A DNA stretch of 63,222 nt, counting the filler, from an uncultured bacterium (GTDB lineage: Bacteria; B130-G9): the NCBI GenBank assembly GCA_965372715.1. It is 3 parts of 3 records of this genome, joined end to end, with 100 filler letters (N's around TTAATTAATTAA, not from the genome) between each part and the next. Parts side by side here need not be neighbours in the genome. Positions count along the whole stretch, not along the records: positions 1 to 26,247 come from CBDVDH010000053.1; 2 more parts are not named here. One strand, 5' to 3'. The notes under the pieces are model-generated. The model was given only the letters and a program-made list of their open reading frames with translations. It had not been told where the DNA came from and ran no database searches. Below are positions 1 through 9,226 of the stretch, piece after piece. The translations under genes and the position numbers were made by a program. The stretch's first letter is position 1; every line of letters starts with the position of its first letter.

Positions 1-101
1 CGTGTGGGGGGCTCGCCCCCCCTTTATCCCTTTCTTTTATAAATCATTCGGGGGGGCCACCCACCGCCCCTACGACGCGCGGACGATGGAACAATTGACC
101 T

Positions 102-659
102 TTGATTGATAAACCAACAAGCATCGGATTGATCGAACTGAATAGCATTGCGGTCGGCATTGAGGCAGGCGACGCGATGCTGAAGGCCGCGTTCGTGAAG
201 CTTCTGCGGGCGGCCACGATCTGTCCGGGCAAATACATCGTTCTGGTCTATGGGGATGTCGATGCCGTCCGCGCCTCGGTCAGGTCAGGCCGGGACTGCG
301 GCGGCGAGAACGTGATAGACCACCTGATCATCCCGAATATCCACCCCACCGTCATCCCGGCGATTGCGGCTGCGACCGAGATAGAGGTCGTGGACGCCGT
401 GGGCGTTATCGAGACGTTTTCGGCCGCGTCGTCGATAGTCGCGGCGGACCTCGCCGCGAAGGTCGCCGATGTTCAGCTGATTGAGGTTCGGCTCGCCAAC
501 GGTATAGGCGGCAAATCGTTCGTCGTCCTGACGGGTGAGGTAGCGGCTGTTCAAGCGTCTGTTGCGGCCGGCGCAGCTCACCCGAGGGAGCAGGGGCTGC
601 TCGTGAAGAGCGTCGTCATCCCCTCGCCCCACGAGGACCTCAAGGAAGCGCTGCTCTAG
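102..659 (+). CDS. Tandem-domain BMC shell protein (BMC-T, PduT-like)
   Basis: Two BMC repeats (IGLIELNSIAVGIEAGDAMLKAA; VGVIETFSAASSIVAADLAAK) and a TICPGKY motif matching the PduT Fe-S-binding Cys loop. Confidence 0.9.
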   Translation: MIDKPTSIGLIELNSIAVGIEAGDAMLKAAFVKLLRAATICPGKYIVLVYGDVDAVRASVRSGRDCGGENVIDHLIIPNIHPTVIPAIAAATEIEVVDAVGVIETFSAASSIVAADLAAKVADVQLIEVRLANGIGGKSFVVLTGEVAAVQASVAAGAAHPREQGLLVKSVVIPSPHEDLKEALL

Positions 660-690
660 CCCAAAGGCTAAAGCGTCAAGCCTGGGCGGT

Positions 691-789
691 TTTGTTGTGT
701 CCCAGTCCCCAATTGACGCCGCGCTGACCTGCGATAGGCATTTCGAGCGGGCCGGCCTTGAGGCGCTTCTCTTGCAGGACAACATGTAG
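691..789 (+). pseudogene. C-terminal remnant of a PIN/VapC toxin gene
   Basis: Manual translation FVVSQSPIDAALTCDRHFERAGLEALLLQDNM* resembles the VapC C-terminal ALTxDxHFxxAG motif; no start or N-terminal half. Confidence 0.5.
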
Positions 790-1078
790 CGGACGCTAAG
801 GACCTCCTTCCCCGCGTATCCTGAGTTGGGCTTTTCATGGCTGCCGCTTCCGCCACAGCGTGCGCGCGTTAAGAAGTCTTCTCGTCTCAAGGGAGACGGC
901 CGCCAGCCAAAGCCGCAACGCCCCATTTGCGGTGCCATGACGCCGATGCTATTTTGTCCAGAATAGGACGAGCGAAAAACAGCATGGAGCCTCGTTCTCA
1001 GAACAATGCGGAGCTGCGAAGGGCCGGTAGGCTCGGAAGTGGGCCTCACGCTAATATGCCATTATCTGCGAGGGCGGA

Positions 1079-1906
1079 ATGAGCATTTTGTGTAGATTGA
1101 ACCTCACGGCGAGAATCGGCCTTGTCGTGCTCACACTCTTCGTGCTTGCGGCGCTTTCTGCGCCTCTTATATCGCCGCTCGACCCAAATGAGCAGAACCT
1201 CAGCAGGAGGCTCGAGGGCCCTTCGGTTCAGAACCTGCTTGGGCGGGACGAGTTTGGTCGCGACATTCTCTCCAGAATCATTTACGGCTCGAGGGTCTCG
1301 CTTGCGGTGGGCATCCTCGTCATCTCGATCTCGCTGACAATAGGCGTCTCGATCGGGACTGTCGTTGGCTATCTGGGCGGATGGGTGGATGAACTGGCAA
1401 TGCGAGTGGTTGACATAGTCCTCGCCTTCCCGGGCATCCTCCTTGCTATCGCGCTGATGGCAGTCTTGGGCCAGAGCCTTTTCAATGTGGTCCTCGCGCT
1501 CTGCGTCACAGGCTGGGCGCCTTTCGCACGCCTCGCAAGGGGTGAGGCGCTCTCCGTGAGGGAACGGCAATTCGTCGTTGCCGCGGGGGCGCTTGGCGCC
1601 TCGACGCTGCGTGTCGTCGCACGCCACATCCTGCCCAACATCCTCTCGCCGATTCTGGTCAAGGCAACGCTCGGGATAGCCGGGGTGATCGTCGCGGAGG
1701 CCGCCCTGAGCTTCTTGGGGCTCGGCGTGCGGCCGCCAACGCCAAGTTGGGGGGCGATGCTGAATGCGGGAAGGGCTTTCATTCTAGTTACTCCGCACCT
1801 TGTGATATTCCCCGGAATAGCAATAATGCTGGTGGTGTTGAGCCTGAATTTCTTTGGGGACGGGCTGCAGGACCTGCTTGACCCCAGGCGCGAGACCCGT
1901 TTGTAG
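1079..1906 (+). CDS. Peptide/nickel ABC transporter permease (DppC/OppC family)
   Basis: LGRDEFGRDILSRIIYGSRVSL, EAA-loop region (AAGALGAS..RHILPN), EAALSFLGLG..PPTPSWGAML. Confidence 0.93.
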   Translation: MSILCRLNLTARIGLVVLTLFVLAALSAPLISPLDPNEQNLSRRLEGPSVQNLLGRDEFGRDILSRIIYGSRVSLAVGILVISISLTIGVSIGTVVGYLGGWVDELAMRVVDIVLAFPGILLAIALMAVLGQSLFNVVLALCVTGWAPFARLARGEALSVRERQFVVAAGALGASTLRVVARHILPNILSPILVKATLGIAGVIVAEAALSFLGLGVRPPTPSWGAMLNAGRAFILVTPHLVIFPGIAIMLVVLSLNFFGDGLQDLLDPRRETRL

Positions 1907-1928
1907 AGGGCCGGGAGACCATTTAATC

Positions 1929-2567
1929 TTGAGATCGCTACTCCAGAAGTTCCGTTCGGCCCTCGTCGCCTGCACGCTCGTCGTGTCGCTCTGGTTGCTC
2001 TTCTTTGCTCCGTCGCTGATTGGTGAGGAGACGAAGGAGGCGGACGCCGAATCTCATCTTGAGGGAGACGTAGATGAATCAGGCAAGGTCGATGAGAAGG
2101 ACAGGTTCCTGATGGAGAAGGCAATCGGCGCCAACTCATCCGACCCGGATTGGGACCCGCGATGCGACCTTGACGGCGACGGGCTAATCAGCTTCAAGGA
2201 CTTTCTGATCCTCCAGGTCAATATGGGCAAAGCGATGCCGGGCCTTTATTCAGAGCGCTCATCCTGCGGGTGTCCGGAACTCATCTTCGCGCCGAGGATA
2301 CCGATGCGCGAGTTGCCTTTGAATGGCGCCCACAGCGTCGAGATCAAACTGGAGTTTCGTGTCGGTCGGGACGGACACGTGATCTCGGTTAGATCAATTC
2401 TCTCTGACCTTGAGCCAGACGTGAGAAAGATGCTTTTGGTCTATGCGAGGGGATGGTATTTTGAGGCGGCGACGAATGCCTCAATCGATAACAGGGACTC
2501 TTATTCTATAATAACGATGAGATGTCAGGATCTTATTGGGCTGGATGAGGGACCGTTGCCCGAGTAA
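1929..2567 (+). CDS. Exported or membrane-anchored protein with a dockerin-type duplicated Ca-binding motif and a TonB-C-like C-terminal domain
   Basis: Hydrophobic N-terminus; GDVDESGKVDEKD..CDLDGDGLISFKDFLIL; C-terminal VEIKLEFRVGRDGHVISVRSI..ARGWYFEAA; TTG start at 1929 inferred. Confidence 0.6.
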   Translation: MRSLLQKFRSALVACTLVVSLWLLFFAPSLIGEETKEADAESHLEGDVDESGKVDEKDRFLMEKAIGANSSDPDWDPRCDLDGDGLISFKDFLILQVNMGKAMPGLYSERSSCGCPELIFAPRIPMRELPLNGAHSVEIKLEFRVGRDGHVISVRSILSDLEPDVRKMLLVYARGWYFEAATNASIDNRDSYSIITMRCQDLIGLDEGPLPE

Positions 2568-2590
2568 GGAATGAGAAAAGGAGCATAAAC

Positions 2591-3496
2591 ATGAATGCAG
2601 AACAGATACTGGACAGCCTCAAATCTGTGGATGAACTCCAGCACATCAAGAGCGGCAAGGTCCGGGAGATATTCCGTTTCACGGACAACGTTCTCGTGAT
2701 GGTCGCGACGGACCGGGTCTCGGCGTTTGACCTAGTGCTTCCTTGTGACATACCATCAAAAGGCAGGATGTTGACGAGTATCTCGAAGTTCTGGTTTCGG
2801 GAGACGGAGGACATCTGCGCAAATCATTTCGTCTCGACCAGACCGCAGGATTTCATTGACCTTGAGGACGAGGTCCTCGAGGTGCTCAAGGGTCGGACAA
2901 TGCTCGTCGAGCAGATGACGCCTATACTGTTCGAGTGCATAGTTCGCGGCTATCTCTGCGGTTCGGCCTTCAGAGAATACGAAAAAAGCGGCACGGTCAA
3001 TGGCGTTGCGGCGCCCGAGGGGCTGAAATTCGGGGACAAGATAACTCCCGGTCCTCTTTTCACGCCGACGACGAAGGCCCAGGTCGGCCACGATGAGCCA
3101 GTCGGCTTTGAGGCGATGCAGGCCGCGATTGGCGAGGATGACGCTGAGATGGTGCGCCGAATGTCGCTGGAGCTCTATGATTTCGGCCAAAGGACGGCGC
3201 GGCTGGCGGGCCTCATTCTTGCCGACACGAAGTTTGAGTTCGGGTACAACCGGCGGAAGGATGTCTGCGTCATGGACGAGCTGCTAACTCCGGATTCGTC
3301 GAGGTTCTGGCTGAAAGCTGACTATGCGGCGGGCAATAGAGGCGAGCCCTACGACAAGGAATACATCAGGGAGTATCTCAGCAAGAGCGGCTGGGACAGA
3401 AAGCCACCGGCCCCTGAACTGCCCAAAGACGTCGTCGCTGAGGCGGCCCGCCGCTACTCGCTCGTTCACGACAAGATCACCGGACTCAAGCTCTGA
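2591..3496 (+). CDS. purC: SAICAR synthetase
   Basis: GKVREIF, ATDRVSAFD, ECIVRGYL, LADTKFEFG, DELLTPDSSRFW motifs. Confidence 0.97.
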   Translation: MNAEQILDSLKSVDELQHIKSGKVREIFRFTDNVLVMVATDRVSAFDLVLPCDIPSKGRMLTSISKFWFRETEDICANHFVSTRPQDFIDLEDEVLEVLKGRTMLVEQMTPILFECIVRGYLCGSAFREYEKSGTVNGVAAPEGLKFGDKITPGPLFTPTTKAQVGHDEPVGFEAMQAAIGEDDAEMVRRMSLELYDFGQRTARLAGLILADTKFEFGYNRRKDVCVMDELLTPDSSRFWLKADYAAGNRGEPYDKEYIREYLSKSGWDRKPPAPELPKDVVAEAARRYSLVHDKITGLKL

Positions 3497-3518
3497 TGTG
3501 CGGGGAGGGTGGGCGATA

Positions 3519-3594
3519 TGTAGGGGCGGCTCACGAGCCGCCCTGTGTTCGCCGGCCGATATTAGAGGAGGGCGGCTCGTGAGCCGCCCCTACA
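3519..3594. repeat. Inverted pair of GTAG-type REP palindromes
   Basis: tgtaggggcggctcacgagccgccct (3519-3544) is the exact reverse complement of agggcggctcgtgagccgcccctaca (3569-3594). Confidence 0.85.
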
Positions 3595-4373
3595 GGTGCC
3601 TACTTGTCGATGAGAAGCTGCGCGAACGTGAGCTTTTGAGCTTTTCGTTCGAGTGGTTCGACGAGGTCTCATCCACGAACGACGTTGCGAGGGAGCTTGC
3701 CGAATCTGGCGCGGCGGAGGGCACAGTTGTGGTCTCCAAGAGCCAGACAGCGGGACGTGGGAGGCACTCGAGGCGCTGGTTCTCACCGGAGGGTGGGCTT
3801 TATTTCACGTTGATCCTGCGACCACAGGTCCCGGCGGCAGAAGCGCAGCTCCTTGCGATTGCGGGGGCACTTGCTGTGGCAGACGCGATTGAGCAGGCGA
3901 CCCTGAGCAGTCCGCAGCTCAAATGGCCAAACGACATTTACCTTTTGAGCAAGAAAGTCGGCGGCATTCTGGCCGAAACCCAAGTATCCGGTGAGTTCGT
4001 GAAGCTCGCGCTGCTGGGCATCGGTGTCAACGTTCAAAGGCCCGACACCCTTGTGCCAGGCTCCCTTCAGGGAGGCGCGGTTTGGCTGTCCGACATTGGG
4101 CGAACGGCGCCCGAAACGAGAGAGCTGCTTACCGCCGTTCTTGGCTCTTTCACAGCGTGGTATCAAAGGCTGCAATCTTCTGATTTCGCCACGATGAGGG
4201 ACGCATACAACCGAAGGGACCTCCTAATAGGGAAGGATTTGGAGGTTGAGACACGTGATGGGGTCGTCGTCGGGCGCTGCAAAGGCATTGACAGCCGAGG
4301 CGCCCTTTTGGTTTCGGACGTATCCGGCGCCACAATCGCTGTAACAGAGGGCGATGTATGCTCCTGGTCATAG
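3579..4373 (+). CDS. birA: Biotin--[acetyl-CoA-carboxylase] ligase, no N-terminal HTH
   Basis: SSTND, QTAGRGRHSRRW, LKWPNDI, KVGGIL, GIGVNV; start inferred (GTG 3579 behind GAGGAG, or TTG 3636). Confidence 0.92.
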   Translation: MSRPYRCLLVDEKLRERELLSFSFEWFDEVSSTNDVARELAESGAAEGTVVVSKSQTAGRGRHSRRWFSPEGGLYFTLILRPQVPAAEAQLLAIAGALAVADAIEQATLSSPQLKWPNDIYLLSKKVGGILAETQVSGEFVKLALLGIGVNVQRPDTLVPGSLQGGAVWLSDIGRTAPETRELLTAVLGSFTAWYQRLQSSDFATMRDAYNRRDLLIGKDLEVETRDGVVVGRCKGIDSRGALLVSDVSGATIAVTEGDVCSWS

Positions 4374-5128
4374 ACGTAGGCAACACGCAGACGGTCATTG
4401 GGTTGTTCGATGGCGAGAGACTGGCCCACAATTGGCGCGTGGCGACAGACATTCACAGGACCGCCGACGAGTATTCCCTTCTGCTAGGCTCCCTTATTTC
4501 GGGCGCAGAACTTGGTCACACGGATGTCCGGGACGTCGGCATCTGCTCCGTTGTTCCGCCGCTCTCGCACGTCTTCCTGCAATTGGCCAAAAACCTCTTC
4601 GGTGCGAAGGCCATGTTGGTCGGCCCTGGTGTTAAGACTGGCATGCCGATCCTATATGAGAATCCAGCCGAGGTCGGGTCGGACAGGATCGCCAACGCGT
4701 TGGCCGCATACCAGGAGGCCCAGGGCCCGGTTATCATCGTTGATTTCGGCACCGCTACGACGTTCTGCGCCGTGTCCGAGCGAGGCGAATACCTCGGCGG
4801 CAGCATCGTCCCGGGCATCGGGATAAGCGCCGACGCATTATTCGCCAGGACCGCAAGGCTACCTCGAGTAGAGATCAGAAAGCCACCTACAGTAATCGGC
4901 AAAACAACTGTCTCCAGCATTCAATCCGGCCTCTTTTTCGGCCACATCTGTATCGTTGAGGGCATGATTTCGCGGATAACGGCGGAGCTTCAGTTTGAGA
5001 CTCGGCCCCGGGTCTTCGGCACGGGTGGCCTGGCGGAGCTCTTCGCCAAAGAGACCGATCTGATTGACGTGGTCGATCCATATCTCACCTTGAAGGGCAT
5101 TCGGATAATCTATGACAAGAACAGGTAG
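4358..5128 (+). CDS. coaX: Type III pantothenate kinase
   Basis: IDVGNT, EVGSDR, VDFGTATTF, GGSIVPG, GTGG motifs; usual position after birA. Confidence 0.96.
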   Translation: MLLVIDVGNTQTVIGLFDGERLAHNWRVATDIHRTADEYSLLLGSLISGAELGHTDVRDVGICSVVPPLSHVFLQLAKNLFGAKAMLVGPGVKTGMPILYENPAEVGSDRIANALAAYQEAQGPVIIVDFGTATTFCAVSERGEYLGGSIVPGIGISADALFARTARLPRVEIRKPPTVIGKTTVSSIQSGLFFGHICIVEGMISRITAELQFETRPRVFGTGGLAELFAKETDLIDVVDPYLTLKGIRIIYDKNR

Positions 5129-5840
5129 GGGCCGTGACGAATACCTTCGAGGAATTGAGGAATACGTGGCCCAGATCAGGCTCTCGCCAATGCTGCTGTC
5201 GCCCAAAGAATGGACTGTGGCCGAGAAATGGAAGGTGGACCAAATCCCGCTCATGGTCGTCTTCCGAGGCATAGACGCGGCGATTCGAAGCGTTCTTTCG
5301 CGAAAGAACGACTACGGCAAGCTGCGAGTAACGCTTTCATACTGCGACAAGCCTGTGCGCGCAGCGTTCAGGTCATACTTGAAGGCGCAGAGCTTTTTCT
5401 CGGACGAGAGGAGGAGGCTGCATGAGGCGGACCTCTGCGGGATGCCCGCGGATGGCGACACATATTACGTGCTGAATCGGCTCGAGGCGCTGGCCGAAGA
5501 GCTCGACGCGCTCGCCGGGGACCCTATCTTTGCAGCCAGACGCCGCGACATCGGACAACTGGCCGAAAAGCTTCGGGAGCTCCTTGATGAGACGAAAAAG
5601 AGCAGGAGGGGCAAGTGGCTTGAGCGCGTGCAGACCCAGCTGCTCAAGTTCGACAAGGAGTTCCTGCAAATCGCTTTGGACTGCATCCCGCCGGACCGTA
5701 TCGAGCAACTGCGGGCGCGGGCGAGCCACGAGGCCAAGGCGGCGAAAGCGCCGGATGACCGCGCTTTGATAGATTATCTCACGGACAAAGCTGTTCGCGA
5801 GGAACTCAACCTCTTCGTCATCGGCTTGTTCGATCTCTGA
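5112..5840 (+). CDS. Conserved hypothetical helical protein
   Basis: 242-aa ORF overlapping the coaX end; N-terminal EEY..LLSPKEW..W..IPL.VV.RGID pattern. Confidence 0.7.
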   Translation: MTRTGRGRDEYLRGIEEYVAQIRLSPMLLSPKEWTVAEKWKVDQIPLMVVFRGIDAAIRSVLSRKNDYGKLRVTLSYCDKPVRAAFRSYLKAQSFFSDERRRLHEADLCGMPADGDTYYVLNRLEALAEELDALAGDPIFAARRRDIGQLAEKLRELLDETKKSRRGKWLERVQTQLLKFDKEFLQIALDCIPPDRIEQLRARASHEAKAAKAPDDRALIDYLTDKAVREELNLFVIGLFDL

Positions 5841-6572
5841 TCCACAGCAAGGAAGATCAGAGGAATCGGCGGCGGTGTACCAGGGCTCTATCTGCGACCA
5901 TGAAGCGAATAGGGAGCTTGTCGCCCAGGGCGCCCTGGTCTCGGCCGCACGAACACCAATCCGGCGCCGGTCCGGTATTGGACCGAAATCCATATCGGGC
6001 ACGGGCAAGGAATGCGTGTAAATGCCCAGGGCCGACACCTGAAACATCTCCCGCAGCGGCGTGAATTGACAAATAACCCACACTGAGGCGATCTCGCCGC
6101 CAGCAGCCGACACGCGCGCATTGGACGTGCTCGCGTCGCCATAAGTTGCGAGGTCCGTATCGGCCTACTGTGCCTCGACGACCGGTGGCTCGTTGTCCCA
6201 GGGAACGCAGACGCGGCCATTAGCAGCGCCAAAATGATTGTCACTGAACTCAGAATAGCCAGTTTGTGCTTCATGTTTACCTCCCAGAAAGCATCTTTCA
6301 GTTCTGATAAGTGTAATAGTATGTGACAAGAGGACTTTGGCAGATTGACTGCCCGATTTGGTCGGCCCCGCCTCCCTCATCTCAATTCGGTTGATATGAT
6401 TTCATCCCACGCTCGGTCATAGAGTCAAAATCGTCCTTGTCTTTTGAGGAGTTTGACAGGCCTGAGCCCCAACTGGTTTAACCGCTCTTGGCAGTAGGGG
6501 ACTTGGAACAGAAGTGCCCGAATGTTGTTGAACATGCGGATAGGCCTGAGACCCATAGCGTCACCCGGACGA

Positions 6573-6601
6573 TTGACAGACAGCAGCTTAGGTCATATAT
6601 T
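6573..6601 (+). promoter_or_regulatory. Sigma70-type promoter for the FmdB-dnaJ-grpE unit
   Basis: TTGACA (6573-6578), 17 nt spacer, TATATT (6596-6601). Confidence 0.65.
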
Positions 6602-6691
6602 GAGTTACGGGCGAGGTGCAGCTGGTCGGCTTCTGGATGGATATGCTGCTCAGCGATCTCGATAGACAGAGTTATTGCAGAAGGTAGTCCA

Positions 6692-7027
6692 ATGCCTGTT
6701 TATGAATACGAATGCAAGGAATGTAGGAACCGAGTCGAGGTCCTACAGGACATAGACGAGCAAGGGCCGAAGTGCTGCGAAAAATGCGGAGGTGAGCTCA
6801 AACGGCTGATGGGCGCTCCCGGGCTGATATTTAAGGGTTCGGGCTTCTACATCAATGACTACGCCCGCCGGGATAGGGCAGGGGATAGGTCAGCTGGTTC
6901 CCGGAAGAGCGAGGAGCGCGAGGAAGAGCCGAAGCGGTCAGATACGGCGACTGGCGACACGGCGGAGAAACCAGGGGAGTGCTCCCAGAAGGAGAACTCA
7001 GACGCCGCAGCAGGAACGGGAACATAG
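6692..7027 (+). CDS. FmdB-family zinc-ribbon regulatory protein
   Basis: MPVYEYECKEC..CEKCGG..FKGSGFYINDY plus an acidic low-complexity tail. Confidence 0.92.
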   Translation: MPVYEYECKECRNRVEVLQDIDEQGPKCCEKCGGELKRLMGAPGLIFKGSGFYINDYARRDRAGDRSAGSRKSEEREEEPKRSDTATGDTAEKPGECSQKENSDAAAGTGT

Positions 7028-7043
7028 GCGGTAGCGGGCCCTT

Positions 7044-8150
7044 ATGAGCAAGAGGTGTTATTACGAGGTTCTTGGCTTAGATAGAACCGCCTCGCCCGAC
7101 GAGCTCAAGAAGGCTTACCGGCAGCGTGCGCTGAAGTATCATCCGGATCGATGCCCCGACGATCCGGATGCGGAGGAGCGCTTCAAGGAGGCCTCTGAGG
7201 CATACGAGGTTCTCGGTAATCCGGACAAGCGCGACGTCTACAACAGATTCGGCCACGCCGGGCTACAGAATGCAGGATATCAGGGCTTCACTAGTGCCAG
7301 CGACATCTTCTCGAGCTTCAGCGACATCTTCGACGAGTTCTTTGGATTCGGTTTCGGGTCGGGGAGACGTTCTACGCCGAGCGGTGACGATGCAAGATAT
7401 GATCTCGACGTCTCTTTTGAGGAAGCGGTTTTCGGAAAGAGCGTAGAGATTGAGTTCACGAGGCTAATAGTCTGCCGAAGCTGCGGCGGCTCTGGCGCGA
7501 GGTCCGAGGCGGACATCGAGACCTGCGCTACTTGCCGCGGCCGAGGCACGGTGGTCTCTGGACTTGGATTTGTGCGGCTCAGTTCGACCTGTCCTCGGTG
7601 TCGCGGCCTCGGCAAGATGGTTAAGGTGAGATGTCCTGTCTGCAAGGGCAAGAAGCTCGTTAAGATGAAGGCAATGGTCCAAGTTGGCATCCCCGCCGGC
7701 GTTGAGAGCGGCAATTACATCACGCTGAAGGGCGAGGGCCACGAGACGCCAGGCGGGCATCCGGGCGACCTGCACGTTGTGTTCAACGTCCAAAAGCACG
7801 AATTCTTCACGAGACGCAATAGCGATATACTCTGCGAGGCGCCGATTTCGTTCACTCAGGCCGCGTTGGGGACCAGGATTGAGGTGCCGACGTTGAGAGC
7901 GTCCAAAAAGCTAGCCATAGCCCCGGGCACGCAGTCCGGGACTGTCCTGAGGATCGAGGGCGAAGGCGTCCCAGGAAAGGGCTTCTACTCCGGCGGGGAC
8001 ATGCTCGTGAAGATCATTGTCAAGACGCCGACGAGGCTAACCGCGGAACAGGAAGCGCTGCTCAGGGAATACGCCGGGTTATCCGGCGAGGAAATGCCGG
8101 AACGAAAAACAGGGGCCTTCCAGCGCCTCACCCATAAGATACTGATGTAG
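7044..8150 (+). CDS. dnaJ: Chaperone DnaJ
   Basis: J-domain with HPD, G/F-rich linker, four CxxCxG zinc repeats, C-terminal domain. Confidence 0.97.
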   Translation: MSKRCYYEVLGLDRTASPDELKKAYRQRALKYHPDRCPDDPDAEERFKEASEAYEVLGNPDKRDVYNRFGHAGLQNAGYQGFTSASDIFSSFSDIFDEFFGFGFGSGRRSTPSGDDARYDLDVSFEEAVFGKSVEIEFTRLIVCRSCGGSGARSEADIETCATCRGRGTVVSGLGFVRLSSTCPRCRGLGKMVKVRCPVCKGKKLVKMKAMVQVGIPAGVESGNYITLKGEGHETPGGHPGDLHVVFNVQKHEFFTRRNSDILCEAPISFTQAALGTRIEVPTLRASKKLAIAPGTQSGTVLRIEGEGVPGKGFYSGGDMLVKIIVKTPTRLTAEQEALLREYAGLSGEEMPERKTGAFQRLTHKILM

Positions 8151-8220
8151 GGGCGTTTCACGAAGCGCCAAGATAATTTCGCAGACGTTCAACTGATGTA
8201 GGGGCGTTTCACGAAGCGCC
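8141..8220 (+). repeat. 29-bp direct repeat of a REP-like hairpin
   Basis: actgatgtaggggcgtttcacgaagcgcc at 8141-8169 and 8192-8220. Confidence 0.9.
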
Positions 8221-8222
8221 CT

Positions 8223-8792
8223 ATGGCGGATAAGATGAAAGAAAAGCAAGTTCAGGACGCCTACGAAGATGCCGAAGGCTGCGGTGAGGGGTCAAGCTCT
8301 GGCAAGCCTCGGACGAGCATCTACAAGGATGAGCTTAAGAGGCTCAAGGAGAAGGCGGAAAAGGCGGACGAATACCTCGACGATGTGCGCCGCGCGAAGG
8401 CTGAGTTTGCCAACTTCAGGAAGCGCTGGGAGCGGGAGAAGCAGATGATAGTGCGATTTGCCGAGGAAGAGCTGGTCGGCGAGCTTCTCACCACGATCGA
8501 CAACTTCGAGCGCGCCATCGACGCGGCGAAAGAGGCAGGGCACGAGGGTCCGCTTCTCGAAGGGATCACGATGGTCTATGACCAGCTGATTGATGCCCTG
8601 ACGAGGCGCGGCCTCGAGCGGATAAAGAGCGTAGGCTGTGAATTTGACCCTAACTTCCACGAGGCGATCGCCCAGCAGATCACCGACGAGGTCCCAGACA
8701 ACCACGTATTAGACGAGGTCCAACCGGGGTATAAGTTCCGCGACAGGCTTCTGAGGCCTGCCAAAGTTCGGGTTGCGAAAACGGGTCATTGA
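8223..8792 (+). CDS. grpE: Nucleotide exchange factor GrpE
   Basis: AEFANFRKR, FDPNFHEA, GYKFRDRLLRPAKVRV. Confidence 0.97.
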   Translation: MADKMKEKQVQDAYEDAEGCGEGSSSGKPRTSIYKDELKRLKEKAEKADEYLDDVRRAKAEFANFRKRWEREKQMIVRFAEEELVGELLTTIDNFERAIDAAKEAGHEGPLLEGITMVYDQLIDALTRRGLERIKSVGCEFDPNFHEAIAQQITDEVPDNHVLDEVQPGYKFRDRLLRPAKVRVAKTGH

Positions 8793-8808
8793 GATAAAAG
8801 AGACTTGT

Positions 8809-8881
8809 GGGCCGTTAGCTCAGGCGGTAGAGCATCTGCCTTTTAAGCAGAGGGTCGTTGGTTCGAATCCAACACGGCTCA
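8809..8881 (+). tRNA. tRNA-Lys (anticodon TTT); CCA not encoded
   Basis: Acceptor stem GGGCCGT/ACGGCTC, D arm AGCTCAGGCGGTAGAGC, anticodon arm TCTGC-CTTTTAA-GCAGA, T loop GGTTCGAATCC. Confidence 0.97.
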
Positions 8882-9226
8882 CTTCTATTTAGCAGCCTTT
8901 CCGGCGATTCAGGCACCAAAACCCTCTCAATACGATTTTGCCTATATTGCCTGATTTTGACCGACCATACCATATACGAATGACACAATAACGGCACACG
9001 ATTCTTCCTTCAGAATTGGGAAATCGGATATACCACAATCAGGCTGTGGAAGCACTAAAGACGAGGGCAAACGGCCCAATAACGGCCCAGACCCCTCGCG
9101 CATACATCAGCTGCGCTCGACACAGACAGCCAAATAATTCATAGACGGCGTTCCTGGGTGTTTTCCCGATGGCGCTGGGATTTTTCTTTGGCCTGAGAGG
9201 TTGCGGGGGTCATTTGAGGACGACTT

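Noticed and set aside
3324-3578. N-terminal extension of BirA in the ORF track (likewise 6488-6691, 52889-53047, 55234-55362)
   Set aside because: These extensions overlap upstream genes, promoters or repeats and lack family motifs; downstream starts are more plausible.
6380-6690. CIRCE element upstream of dnaJ-grpE
   Set aside because: No TTAGCACTC-N9-GAGTGCTAA match seen.
8141-8220. Two 29-bp repeats with a 22-bp spacer, resembling a mini CRISPR array
   Set aside because: Only two copies, the unit is a GTAG REP hairpin, and no cas genes are present.
8815-8997. 60-aa minus-strand ORF
   Set aside because: Antisense translation of tRNA-Lys.
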